Shown here piece after piece: positions 11,531 to 24,344 of a DNA stretch of 64,000 bases. The stretch is taken from NCBI GenBank assembly GCA_964016885.1, contig OZ024741.1, positions 281,480,001-281,544,000 on the forward strand. Reading direction: 5' to 3'. The DNA comes from Eledone cirrhosa (Eukaryota). Both the position numbers and the translations under genes were made by a program. Within the stretch, counting starts at the first letter, position 1; every line of letters starts with the position of its first letter. The notes beneath the pieces were generated by a model. It ran no database searches and was not told the origin of the DNA. It saw nothing but the letters and a program-made list of their open reading frames with translations.

Positions 11531-12025
11531 CTGGGTTTGCGAATTCCACTGAAACAGTGTTCCCATAAATATCCAAGAGAGCCCAAAGAGGTCCAGCTGT
11601 AGAAACACCACTGAAAAACACCCCTTTCTCTACACCATTCACTCCATATCTCACGTCCCCATTGCGAGTGATGTAGAAAAAGAGAAGATTGGTGCATTCT
11701 GCATAACGTTCACCTAAGGCTTTCGCCCAATTCCCTGACATGCTGGTAAGATCTGGACATGCGTAACGCGGCAATTCAGCATTGCTAAAAGTAGCAGGAT
11801 CAATGTTTGTAAATCCGAAACGTAATACACCACTCCAGCTAGCACAGGTCTCCACAAACCGGATGTAGACACGTTCATTGATAGTGACTGGTCGATTACT
11901 GAAGCAAATACCTTTGCAAAAGGAGTCTCCACGTGATGCTCTGGTTCTGTCATTGTTTAAAACAACGTTCTGTCCATGCACTTTGTGAAATGTCAGCGGG
12001 TAATCACTGTACGAGCCATTATTAA
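11531..12025 (-). CDS. neur: Neuralized E3 ubiquitin ligase, internal exon encoding the first NHR (NEUZ) domain
   Basis: Acceptor tcttctttcttcttcttcag| at 12026 and donor CAG|GTATGA at 11530; 495 bp, phase 1-1. Translation NNGSYSDYPLTFHKVHGQN..SFCKGICFSNRPV..LRFGFT..LPRYACPDLT..WAKAL..LWALLDIYGNT matches Neuralized NHR1 motifs. Confidence 0.93.
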
Positions 12026-13386
12026 CTGAAGAAGAAGAAAGAAGATTTTAAAATATATATATACTGAAAATATTTTAAAGAAAAAAAAATTGGTTTACAA
12101 CAATTTATACAAAACATTGATTTCTTAAATCCTCCATTGCCATATTTCTAATGAAACACCGTATTTCAGTGAATTTTGTAAATAATAAAAATTTAGAGGA
12201 ATTCTGTAATATAAATCTCTCTTTATAAAATGAATAGATCATAACTTAAGAAAAAATTCTTACAAAAAAATATAATAGGTTTAATTTGAAATTTAGTCAT
12301 CCCAACACAAATAGGGTAAAACACTCCTGGAGTTGGAAATAAGAGGTTAGGGTTATAGGAAGTTAGATTTCATGATGGAGAATTGGTGGTGAGAAAGAGG
12401 TAGAGCACTTGTCAGTGACAAAGGGTGAAGGTGAGAGAGGTAGAAGGGTGACCGTGAGAGAGGCAGTGATGATAATAATGGGAATGGGTGAAGGTGAGAG
12501 AGGTAGAGTGATAACAGTGGGTATGAAAGTGATAATGGGTAAAGGTGAGAGAGGTAAAGGTGAGAGAGGTGAAGGTGAGAAAGGTGAAGGTGAGTGATAA
12601 TAGTGGGTGTGACAATGATAAGGGGCAAAGAGAGTAGCGATAATAATAATGGGTATTGTAGTAGTAGTAGAGATGTAGGTAAGAGAGGTAGTGATATAGA
12701 GATAAGATAAAAGCTGATTAAATGCAGATGGCAGAACAGATGCCTTTTCTGGGTGGATGTTGGTGACTAGTGGGTGGCCAACACAGAGGGAAGTATATAT
12801 GCCATAATATTTATGTTTAGGGCAGAGGATTGGCAGAATCAGTGGAACATCAAACAAAATACTTTGCATTTCAAATCCCACCCGAGGTCAACTTCACCTT
12901 TCATCCGTCCAAGGTCGATAAAATAAAGTACCAGTATCATTCTGGTATTGGTATAATTAATTTTCTCCTTCCCCCAAATTGCTGGCCTTGTGTCTGTGTT
13001 AGAAATCAATATTTATGTTGAGAAATTATTGTTCTGTAAAATTTAAAGTTCAATATTGGTAACTAGAAAACTAATAGTGATCACTTGCAATTGAGTATGA
13101 CTTTGTAGTACATGAAAAATGTGAATAATGCCATAAAATTTAATTTCACATTTGAAATATAATTTGTATAAAACAAGGTCACAAAAACACTGCCCTCCAC
13201 CCTGATAACATGGCCATGTGATGAAGAAGTTCACTTTGCAACCACGTTGTTTGGTCGTCTTCTACTGTAGCCTTGGGTTAATCTAGCTCTTAAGAGTGAA
13301 ATTTGGTAGATGGAAACTGTAGAAGCTTATCATATAACATTAGAGAAAATTAACCAAAGATATATATGAAATTAATACCATTTATT

Positions 13387-13528
13387 GTCTACATATGTTT
13401 CGATTGGTGCAGATAAGAATACAATGAAGATCATAATTAACATTAAAAAGTTAACATTAATAATAATTGCATTATCAATTTAAAATACAATGATAATATA
13501 TCAGATAATCTCCACATCTCATCAGGAG
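13387..13528 (-). ncRNA. Candidate minimal type I hammerhead ribozyme motif (Penelope-LTR-like), probably degenerate
   Basis: Minus strand reads tc-CTGATGA-gatgtggagat...atctgcac-ca-atc-GAAA-c-atat-g-TA-ga. Confidence 0.4.
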
Positions 13529-13635
13529 GTATAAGCAGTTCTTAAACACATTTTACTGATTTATATTGACTCTATGTATCAAAGATAAACCACAGAAAAA
13601 TAATTAACTCTTTAGCATTTACATTACCCTATATA

Positions 13636-14892
13636 CAGGGTGTGGACGATATTTGTTCGCAATTTTCAACTGCTAATTTTATGTAAATTTTTTTTACTTT
13701 CGTTGTCACTCTTGTCTTCATAAAAACTGACTATATTTCCATTATTTATTTTCAGAATAATCGATTATGAATAATTTTGAACCTCCAAATTTGTGGAAGA
13801 GACACGGAGTTCTTCTTGGAATCCGCGCCGGGAGGACATATAATGAAATTTCAGACTTTCTCAGCGTCAGCAGGAGAATGGTGGAAAAGGTCAGAAAGGA
13901 ATTGGAAGATTCAGGATTCGACTACGAAGCAACATCAGAGAGGAAAACACAGGATCAACGATCTGACGCCTTCAGAACGCCCGAGTTCGTCGCTGAAGTT
14001 CAGGATATCATCAACAATGAACCTAGCAAGTCGATGCGTGCCATTGCAAGGGAGAAAGGCATGTATGAAAAGCTCATTAGGCTGGTGGTACATGAAGACA
14101 TTCGCTACGTTTCATACAAGATGAGGAAAGGACAATTTCTGTCAAAGGTGATGCAAGAAAAGCGACTGAAGCACACAAAGAAGCTGATCAACAAGTTGAA
14201 ACACCCACTGGAGCCAGACATGCTGTGGTTTTTCTCTGACGAGAAAAACTTCTGCCAAGACCAGAAGATCAACTCCCAGAACAACAGGTGGCTGGCTGTC
14301 TCATCCAAAGATGTGCCCAGAGTCATGCAGACAAAGTTTCCAGCGACAACATTGGTCTTAGGTGTCATCAGCAGTAAGGTGACGTCATGCTACCTCACTT
14401 CTTCCCTGAGGGCCTCAAGCTGAACACCAATGGCTACATCCGCGTTCTGAGCAAGGTAGTAAAGCCCTGGATCAACCAGGTAGCTGCAGGTAGGCCATTC
14501 GTGTGGCAGTAAGACTCAGCGCCCTGCCATACCAGCCAAAAGACCCAAGCCTGGCTGTCAGAGAACTTCGTCGACCACTTCACCTGACATCTGGCCTCCC
14601 AGCTCGCCTGACTGCAACCCCCTCGACTTTTTTGTGTAGGGTGCAGTGGAACGAGACACCAACAGATCTAGCTGCAATACGAAAGACGATCTGAAGGCCA
14701 GGATCACAAGTGCCTTTAGGGGCCTAAGTCGGGGGACAGGATGAAGGCCTGTAGCCGGTTCCGAGGCCGCCTTGAGGCCATCATCAAAGGCAATGGCGGG
14801 TTTATCAAGTGAGATAGAAAGATAAATATATCTTAAAAAATGTTATTTTTTCCTAGACAGTAATCTTGCGAACAAATATCGTCCGCACCCTG
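13636..14892 (+). mobile_element. Full-length Tc1/mariner-superfamily DNA transposon, DD37D (maT) type, 1257 bp
   Basis: 27-bp TIRs cagggtg(t/c)ggacgatatttgttcgcaa at 13636-13662 and 14866-14892 (1 mismatch); TA on both sides. Confidence 0.93.
13767..14812 (+). pseudogene. Disrupted DD37D transposase
   Basis: FFSDEKNF, VWQ*DSAPCH and WPPSSPDCNPLDF; frameshifts near 14375 and 14580 plus in-frame stops. Confidence 0.88.
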
Positions 14893-15134
14893 TATATATA
14901 TGTGTGTGTGTCCATCCGTATCTGTGAATATGTTAGCGTCTGTTTTTATGTCCTGTAACTTTCTAGTTTGACAAAAAGAGATTGAGTGATAAAATAAGTA
15001 CTACACTTGACATAAGTACTGGGGTTCATGTGATTGACTAAATCCTTTTAAGGTGGTACTCCAGCATGACCACAGTCTAATGAGTGAAACCAGAAAAAGG
15101 ATAGTCAGCCACAAATGTTCTAATTTATAACCAC

Positions 15135-16103
15135 ACACACTGCTGCATCTTAACGTGTTCAGTGTGTATATCTCTTAACCACACTGCTGCATCTTAACGT
15201 GTTCAGTGTGTATATCTCTTCACCACACTGCTGCATCTTAACGTGTTCAGTGTGTATATCTCTTAACCACACTGCTGCATCTTAACGTGTTCAGTGTGTA
15301 TATCTCTTAACCACACTGCTGCATCTTAACGTGTTCAGTGTGTATATCTCTTAACCACACTGCTGCATCTTAACGTGTTCAGTGTGTATATCTCTTAACC
15401 ACACTGCTGCATCTTAACGTGTTCAGTGTGTATATCTCTTAACCACACTGCTGCATCTTAACGTGTTCAGTGTGTATATCTCTTAACCACACTGCTGCAT
15501 CTTAACATGTTCAGTGTGTATATCTCTTAACCACACTGCTGCATCTTAACATGTTCAGTGTGTATATCTCTTAACCACACTGCTGCATCTTAACGTGTTC
15601 AGTGTGTATATCTCTTAACCACACTGCTGCATCTTAACGTGTTCAGTGTGTATATCTCTTAACCACACTGCTGCATCTTAACGTGTTCAGTGTGTATATC
15701 TCTTAACCACACTGCTGCATCTTAACATGTTCAGTGTGTATATCTCTTAACCACACTGCTGCATCTTAACATGTTCAGTGTGTATATCTCTTAACCACAC
15801 TGCTGCATCTTAACATGTTCAGTGTGTATATCTCTTAACCACACTGCTGCATCTTAACGTGTTCAGTGTGTATATCTCTTAACCACACTGCTGCATCTTA
15901 ACATGTTCAGTGTGTATATCTCTTAACCACACTGCTGCATCTTAACGTGTTCAGTGTGTATATCTCTTAACCACACTGCTGCATCTTAACATGTTCAGTG
16001 TGTATATCTCTTAACCACACTGCTGCATCTTAACGTGTTCAGTGTGTATATCTCTTAACCACACTGCTGCATCTTAACATGTTCAGTGTGTATATCTCTT
16101 AAC
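15135..16103. repeat. 44-bp minisatellite, 22 near-identical copies
   Basis: Unit ccacactgctgcatcttaac(g/a)tgttcagtgtgtatatctcttaa with exact 44-bp period. Confidence 0.97.
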
Positions 16104-17530
16104 CCTTTTGAGACTCTCATAAAATACACTATTTCAATTAATCAATGAGGGATTTACTAAAACTATTAATTATCATATATATTTCTTTTTCTTTTCCCAT
16201 AACTCCCATATGGCATTTTAAAACCTGGTGGAGCAGATTTCTTCCAGAGAAGGATAGAAAGTGAAAGAAAGGAAGTGAGAAAAAGATATAGAGGAAGAAT
16301 TAATCTCAGTACTTGGTACTTATTTTATCAACCTCCTCTGGATGAAAGGCAAAGCTAACCTCAGCAGGATTTGAACTCAGAGAGAAGAGAGCCGAAACGA
16401 GTACCATAAAGCATTCTATTCAATATTCTAACTCTGCCAATTCAATGCCTATATAATTATTACATTACTAAGATAGTAACTTAACATATGGTTCTTATAT
16501 AAAATTATGTTGGAAGATTTTAATTTAAATATGAACCCTTTAAAATGAGAGATTTTGTTTCATAGAATCAAAGTCAGTTTTGGCCAGGTTGGTATAAAAA
16601 GGATTAATACTTATAACATCAATTTGCAAAATATTCAAATTAATTTAATAGCAGTCTTTTTGATTTTTAATATGCAAATAATAATGATAATTCTAACATT
16701 GGCACAAGGCCAGCAATTTATGGGGAGGAGAAAGTCGATTATACTGACACCAAGTGGTACTTTATTTTACTGACCCTGGAAGTATGAAAGGTATATAACT
16801 TTTGATTTGCATGGAAGTTTACTCATATTTTTAACTTTGCACACATACATTTGCTTTATTTTTTTAAATGATCTTGCTAGAATTTGAACTTAGAACGTAG
16901 AAAGTTGTAACTGTCCAATGCAATCCTTCCAGATTGCAAATATATATTTTTTACTTTCCTCTTTCTCATTTCTGAGCGAAGGTTGATGTAATTATAGAAA
17001 GTTACATGTGAGGAAACAGGCCAGCCTTCAACTTCTATGATGCAATTAGTAACACAGTGGAACCTATGTAAGCAGCCGACTAACTTATCATAGATCATCA
17101 TCTGATGCCATTTTTAGAAACACAAGAACACTTTGAGCATTAATAAATGGGCTTTGGGTCTGCATTTCAAATCAGTATGAGCAAAAGTAAATTACTAGCC
17201 AAAAGAAACAGAGCAACTCCAAAAGATAGGTTGGCTGTGAAAAATCTCCCATGTTATTTTTAGATTGTTGAAATTGTATCTTGGGTGCTAGAAATCTTTG
17301 CAGGAAGAGCTGTTAAATAGAAGAGAGGAAACTGTCACTGTCTAATGAGTTATCTCTAAGAGAAACATAGATGATAGTAGAGAATGTTGCCCCTCCAACC
17401 ATCATTTCATCCTACTAAGTGTGAATGTTGCTTACAATAGCCACTATTATATATTAAATCACAGACATTCCATTGTAAATCATTAGATTTCCTATATGAA
17501 GTACTCCAACGCATGTATGTATATATATGA

Positions 17531-17572
<42 letters not shown>

Positions 17573-17744
17573 GAGTGTGTGAATGTCAAATACAAATACA
17601 CACACGCAAACATGCAGATTATGTATAAATATGTAAATTTGTATATGCATTTTCTCGTGGAAGTAGGCATAAAAAATATGAATGATGCATAGGTGTGAAA
17701 ATATATATATATGGGCATTAAACAAAAATAATGCAAATGTGTGT

Positions 17745-17873
17745 ATGTGGTGTGTGTGTGTGTGTGGTGTGTGGTGTGTGGTGTGTGGTGTGTGTGTGTG
17801 TGTGTGTGTGTGTGGTGTGGTGTAGTGTGGTGTGGTGTGGTGTGGTGTGGTGTGGTGTGGTGTGGTGTGTGTG
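17745..17873. repeat. (GT)n/(GTGTG)n microsatellite
   Basis: Seen directly. Confidence 0.9.
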
Positions 17874-19674
17874 GTTAAAACAGGAGTAAAATTCCATATA
17901 TGTATAAAAAATTGTAGGAAGAAAAATAAAGACAGAAATAAGTGTAATTTTAATAATACAAAACAAATATATCTATATTTTGTGCATCAGAGTTACAGTT
18001 TATCAAATAAATAAATATATCATCATCACCATTTAACATCCATTTTTCCATACTAGATAAATTGCGTCATTGTGAGACAAGCCAGATCAGTTGACCATGT
18101 CTTATGCAGAACTTGATGATTTTGGCTTGGTTTCTAAAGCAGAATGCCCTTGCTAATACCAACCACATTTACAGTGAGTACTGGATGCTTTTTATTGTGG
18201 CACCAAAAGGACCACATTTCACAGTTTACTGGGTGCTTTTTATTGTGACGCCTACATGACCACTTTACAAGTGTGGACTGGGTGCTTTTTGTCATGGCAC
18301 TTTACAATGTGAGCTGGTAGCTAGGGTGGGGGTTGGGGGTTGCATGAGGATTGGAGAGGTAGATCTGGAGTGGCATATATATATAAGGATAAAAAAGATA
18401 AAGATTCCATAACTCCTTGTGGAGTCGTAGAGGCACTGTCACATGGCGTACCTAGGGCACTTTTAAACCTGGTGGAGACCAACTCTCTCCAGGTCTGAAC
18501 ACATGAACACAGCTGATTTTTTCTATCAAGGAAGAATTGACTCCAGTACTGGACTGGCACTATTTTTATTGACCTCAAAAAGATGAAAAGCAAAGCTGAC
18601 CACGGCAGGATTTGAACTTAGAGTGTGCAATGAGGTGGGACGAATACTGTAAAGCATTCCATCCAACATCTTAACGACTGCCAATTCGCCGCCTATATAT
18701 ATATAATAGATAGTTTGTTTGTCTATTTGTCTCCTATGCACTTATAAATGGGTGGACCAATCATGTTCAAACTAGGCAGGTGGGTTCCTTAAACTTAGAC
18801 ATATCATTTGTTTTTATGCTTGTCTGTTTGTCAATCTGTGGTAACAATGGTCATCGTTAGTTATCGTCTTCATTATGGCAGAATGAAGAAGTGATGAAAG
18901 TTAAAGATGGAACTAAGCAAGTAAGTTAACAATGTATGAACAAGGAGAGAAAGAAACAGAGATAAAGAAAGTGAAGAAAGTGAGTGACATGTGTTCAACA
19001 CTAAAGGAACAAACCCACACTTGCTTCAGTATTGAACATCCTCCTCTCTCTCCTGCATGAAAGGAGGTATGACTAAAACAAATGAGCAACACATGCTCAA
19101 TCAACATAAAACAACACATGCCAGCTTTAATATCAAAATCCACTCTCTCCTCTATCGGCTGCAGCCCATATTGTCATACATTCTTTATATCTCTTCCATT
19201 TATGCATATATGTCATATCTACTTCATATTTAGACTAAGAACAAAAACGACCTCCCTACCATTTGAGGGCATTGTGTTTGTATTTTAATGCACACTAAGG
19301 GAAGTAACTGTGAGTAAGCTGTGGTTATTGACGGTGGCTAACAATATATAATATTGTTAGCAGGGAAAACAGATGTTAAAATCCACCACTATAATAAACT
19401 AACATATGATAATTGAAAGTTTTTGGATGTATCTCCATAAGGTAACAAGATCCACTGCTGAATGCTAAATGAACTCAATAGCTACAAAGGACTTGATGAT
19501 ATTTTGTATTTCTCATTCATTCATGAAATGAGAAAAATCTGGCAAAAATATGTCAGAACAACAACAACAAATGCCAAAAGGCAAAAGAAGAGGTCAATCG
19601 TTATAAAAAGAAATAGAATCTAAACCATATTATTTTCATAGTTACTACTATTACTACTCATAATGATGAGGATG

Positions 19675-19893
19675 ATGATTGAATAAACCACTCCAGAAGT
19701 CATGCCAACTGGGAACAGCCTTAACATTGAGAAAGGTTCTAGACTACCAGTAATAGTGAAATGATGAGGAATGATATGAAAAAGTTGGAGTTTACTTAGG
19801 TTACTAGTTGTAGCCCGGTATTCCCTAAAACAACTGGCCCAAAGCAACGTTGAAGTTGGTCATGATAAATAGTCAAATAATAATAATAATAAT
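19675..19893 (+). mobile_element. 3' end of R4/Dong-like RLE LINE
   Basis: PLQKSCQLGTALTLRKVLDYQ*, then a short UTR and (AAT)n tail. Confidence 0.6.
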
Positions 19894-20185
19894 GTAATTT
19901 TTGTACATGACTTTATTTGATTATATTCCATAATTATGTAAATTGTAAATAATTGAGCACTCTTATATGATTGAATATCTATTTTAAACAGATATTGTGC
20001 ACATGTATAAAGCAAATTATATACTTGTAACTGTGTAAAGTGCATGATGTGAACAATCTGGAGTGTTTATTCTTGTGGCTCGCCAATGTATGCAGTGAGT
20101 TTCTCTGCCATAGGTGTGAAGACACTCGGCAAAAAATGGAAACAAAACTGAAGGAAGAGGAAAAACACAAATAATAATAATAGTA

Positions 20186-20660
20186 AAACTGAGACTGGAG
20201 GATTTCTAATTGCAGCACAAGACCAAAACCTGCCTACAGAAACCACCACAAGTACATAATGAAGCAGAACACAGTAATTTCAGAATATGTGGAGGTGGGG
20301 AAGAAATAATTAGCCACATTATCTCTGGCTGTCCAGTCTTAGGCAGAAAAGAATATATCCACAGAAATGATAGAGTTATGATTTACTTACACTGGAAGTT
20401 ATGCCGACACTACAAAATACCAATAGAAAAAAAGTACAGACATACACAAAGAAAAAAGGTCTCAGAGAATGACAGAGCAACCAAAGTCTGGGATATGCCA
20501 ATACATACAGAGAGGGAGATCAAACTAACTGACCAGATATTATAGTCAAAGACCACAAAGAAAAAGCATGTCTTCTAATTAACATATTAATCCCCACAGA
20601 TAATGATATATCTACCAATGAAATGGAGAAATTATCCAAATATAAAGATCTAGAGATAAA
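20186..20660 (+). mobile_element. Degenerate R4/Dong-like LINE fragment (CCHC knuckle plus restriction-like endonuclease)
   Basis: FLIAAQDQ, FRICGGGEEIISHIISGCPVL..EYIHRNDRV..LHW, VWDMPIHT, PDIIVKD, EKLSKYKDL; frameshifted. Confidence 0.75.
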
Positions 20661-21579
20661 ATAAATCTAAATAGATGAAAGGCAAAGTTGATCTCAGTAA
20701 GATTTCATCTCAGAATGTAAAGAATCAGAACAAATAGTGCTAAGCATTTATCTGATGCTTTAATGACTCAGCAAATCTACAAGGCCAGCAATTTGGAGGA
20801 AGGGATAATCAATTATATCAATCCCAGAAGAATCAAAGGGAAATTTACCTCAGAGGGATTTCTTTGGAGTTTATTTATGCAGCTGCTATTTCTCATACAC
20901 ATGATGATGATGATGTCCATACACACGTCTATACAAACACAGTCTTCTCACATTACATCCAATTCCTCTTATGCCAAGATTTTCTTTAGTTTGCTTATGC
21001 TCTGTCACTTATGCACATTACACATCCATCAGAACATATTTGATTTGTTTCTTTCAAGCCTCCATAGGTTTTCTGCAGTCAAGCCCATGTTTCACTGCCA
21101 TGTAGCATTGCAGTTCGCACACAGGCATCACACACTGATGGAGTTTTTTTGCCCAGCATGATTATTGCATTGATAAAATTATATAACTTTGAATTCATAA
21201 CTGGAAAGTTGCTGTTCTTTCAAAAAACATTTATTCATTTTAGCATATTAGACACCATATTCTGTAAACCCACTATGTAATCCGTATTATCCATTATCCT
21301 TAAATGCCTCTGTTCTTGAGAGTTTTGTCATGATATTTTATTAATTGTTTAGAATTTTAATAAACTGATAATTCCTAGGATTAGTACTGACTAACAGCAG
21401 ATTGTTCAATGAAATAATTTGCTGTTAAATGTACATTCTTATAGGAGGAAATAATTGTCACTAATTAAATGCCTTAAACTTTTACATTGGCTTTGCTTGA
21501 TTCAATTATCATACAATTGAGCTAAAATACATCTGGTAAATGAGTAATGAGTAAAACCTATTTTTACTCCCATAAGTAT

Positions 21580-21620
<41 letters not shown>

Positions 21621-22917
21621 CATAAGTATAGACACACATATAAGGGTGTCCCTCAGTTACCAGTTTTATCTTGTTTGCTTTTCCCACTTATGAATGTATA
21701 TATGTATATATATACACACACATGTACATACATACATTTTTATGAAGTTTTGAGCTAACCCCCTCCATAAAATCAGATCAATAGCAGGCTGTTAAAGGAA
21801 GAAGCCCCACAAAGTAGGGTGGCTGTTGCAGTGGGTGTCACTGGCCATTGTCCATGGAAATGCCTTTGCCATTTTGTCACGGAAACACCACTCTGACGTA
21901 GGTCTATCACCACTGACGAAAGTCTATCATTCTCTCCTCTTCTATCTTTCTTTCATCACCTAATTATCCTTACTCATCCCCCTCCATTTCCTCGCGTATA
22001 ACATTTATAGTCTTTCTCAATGCTACTTTCTTTTTCGATATGTTTAACCAAGTTATAGTTATATCAACAATAAACAAATTAAGATTCAATAAATATAAAT
22101 GACCTCAGTTTATCTGGCTCAGAAGTGGGTAGCTCAGTTAATTAAGCTCAGAAGTGGGTTGGGTATATATACTAGCTCAGTTAATCAGGCTCAGAAGTGA
22201 GTTGGGTATATATATATTAGCTCAGAAGTTGGTTGGGTATATAAATTACCTCCGTTAATCAGTCCTAGTAGTGTGTTGGGTATGTAAAGTTTCGAGGAAG
22301 TTTTCCATGGCATTGCAATAATCTCATGATTTCAAATGATTAAAAAGCCCATACAATGCATAAAAAAAGTATTCATCTGAATACTTTGTGGAAATATATG
22401 TATATACATAACAAAAAGTGCCCAGCCTATAAAGTGGTCATGTAGGTGTCATGACAAAAAGCACCCTGTACACACTGTAAATATGGTTGGCACTAGAAAA
22501 GGCATCCAGCCATAGAAACCAAGCTAAAATTAGTTCTGTATGAAGAAGATATGGTCATCTGATCTGGCTTATCTAACAATGGGACAACTCGTCTAACCCA
22601 TACTAGTGTGGAAAAAGGGAGGTTAAATGGTGATAATAAAGATGATGATAACGTGTATACGTACATGTGAGTGTGTATGTGTGTATACACATATGCATAC
22701 ATTTATTGAAAATTTAGAAGCTTCAACATTTTTTCTTTTTCCAATGTAAAATAGTCTAACAAATTAAATATAAAAGCCTCTGAATGGAAAAAAGTTGGCA
22801 ACATCACACTTGGGACTCGAACTCACACCTGCTGTGCTACCAATTACTCAAAATTTTCTGTTAATTTAAAGTTTTATCAATTGACTAGAACCTGATCTAT
22901 TTTTAGAAATATAGACT

Positions 22918-24103
22918 AAGAACACAGATTTTACATGTGGCCGGTGCTCTGGTGCAATAAGTAGCAGCGAGTGCCCACAAAATACTAGCTCTTTCAACTG
23001 CGCAGAGGGTTCTATAGAAATAGTGGACAGCTTCCGTTACCTGGGTGACAAAATCAGCAGTGGGGGAGGGTGCTCCGAAAGTACAGTAGCTAGAGTCAGA
23101 ACTGGATGGAAAAAGTTCAGAGAGCTTATACCACTATTAGCCGCTAAAGGGTTCTCCCTAAAAGTGAAAGGCAGGTTGTACGATGCCTGCATACGAACAG
23201 CAATGTTGCATGGCAGTGAGACCTGGGCATTGTGTGCAGAGGATATACGCAGACTGGAGAGGAACAAAGCTTGCATGCTCCGCTGGATGTGTAATAGTAA
23301 TATACGTGAACGACAAAGCATAAACGAACTAAGGAAAAAATTAGAAATAAGAGGGATCAGATGTTGTTTACTCGAGAGAAGGCTACGTTGGTATGGTCAC
23401 GTGATGCGCATGAAAGACGACAGCTGTATAACAAAGTGCAGGGCAATAAAGATAGATGGTAGCCACGGAGTAGGCAGACCCAGAAAAACCTGGGACGAGC
23501 TGATAAATTCCGACCTCACACACTTACACCTCTCCAAGACAATGTCACTGGACTGAGACCTTTGGCGGTACTCAGTAATAGAGAAGACCCGCGTTACCTA
23601 AATACAAAGTAAAACCTACTACAGTCAGTAGGCATCTCTAACAAAATACACCCCCGTCCCACCTCCCCACCCCATCCACACCGCCCCTTTCAATGTAAAG
23701 TTATGTTGGTGCCACAAAATCCAGGCCGAAACAAATGAGATCGTGTAGGTGTCACGAAAAAAAAAACACACAGTCCACGCTGTAATGTGACTGTGTAGGC
23801 AACACGGTAAAAACGTCCCAGTCCCACACTGTAAATGTGGTTGGTGTTAGGAAGGGCATCCAGCTGTAGAAAACCTGCCAGACAGTGCACGCTGTAATGT
23901 GGCCGTGTAGGCAACACGGTAAAAACCTCCCAGCCCCACACTGTAAATGCGGTTGGTGTTAGGAAGGGCATCCAACTGTAGAAAATCCACCAGACAGTCC
24001 TATGCGAGCAAGACAACCACTCTTGCCTCAAGTGGGAAAACTCCCGTCCAAACCCATGCAAGCATGGAACACGGACGTTAAACGATGATGATGATGATGA
24101 TGA
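22918..24103 (+). mobile_element. 5'-truncated RTE-clade LINE (ORF2 C-terminus, 3' UTR subrepeats, (GAT)n tail)
   Basis: FRYLGD, KGRLYDACIRTAMLHGSETW, RRLRWYGHVMR, GRPRKTW; tail gatgatgatgat at 24083-24103. Confidence 0.9.
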
Positions 24104-24171
24104 TAGAGTGGATTTGTATTTATTGAACATTTAGAAGCATATAGCAAATGTGTGTGTATGTGTGTGTGTGA

Positions 24172-24217
<46 letters not shown>

Positions 24218-24344
24218 CATCATCATCAACACCACATAGCATCCATTTTTCCATGCGTGAATGGGTTAGACGGGTCTTCCACATTGGAAGGTTTAACCTT
24301 AAAGACCATAAAAAATGATTTTATGAGTCTGCTACATCTACTAC

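Noticed and set aside
15135-16103. CRISPR-like array (hairpin-bearing repeats)
   Set aside because: No unique spacers, eukaryotic context and no cas genes; it is a plain tandem repeat.
18692-19430. Possible non-autonomous Helitron-like element
   Set aside because: The 5' end looks Helitron-like, but no terminal hairpin/CTAG or second copy could be established.
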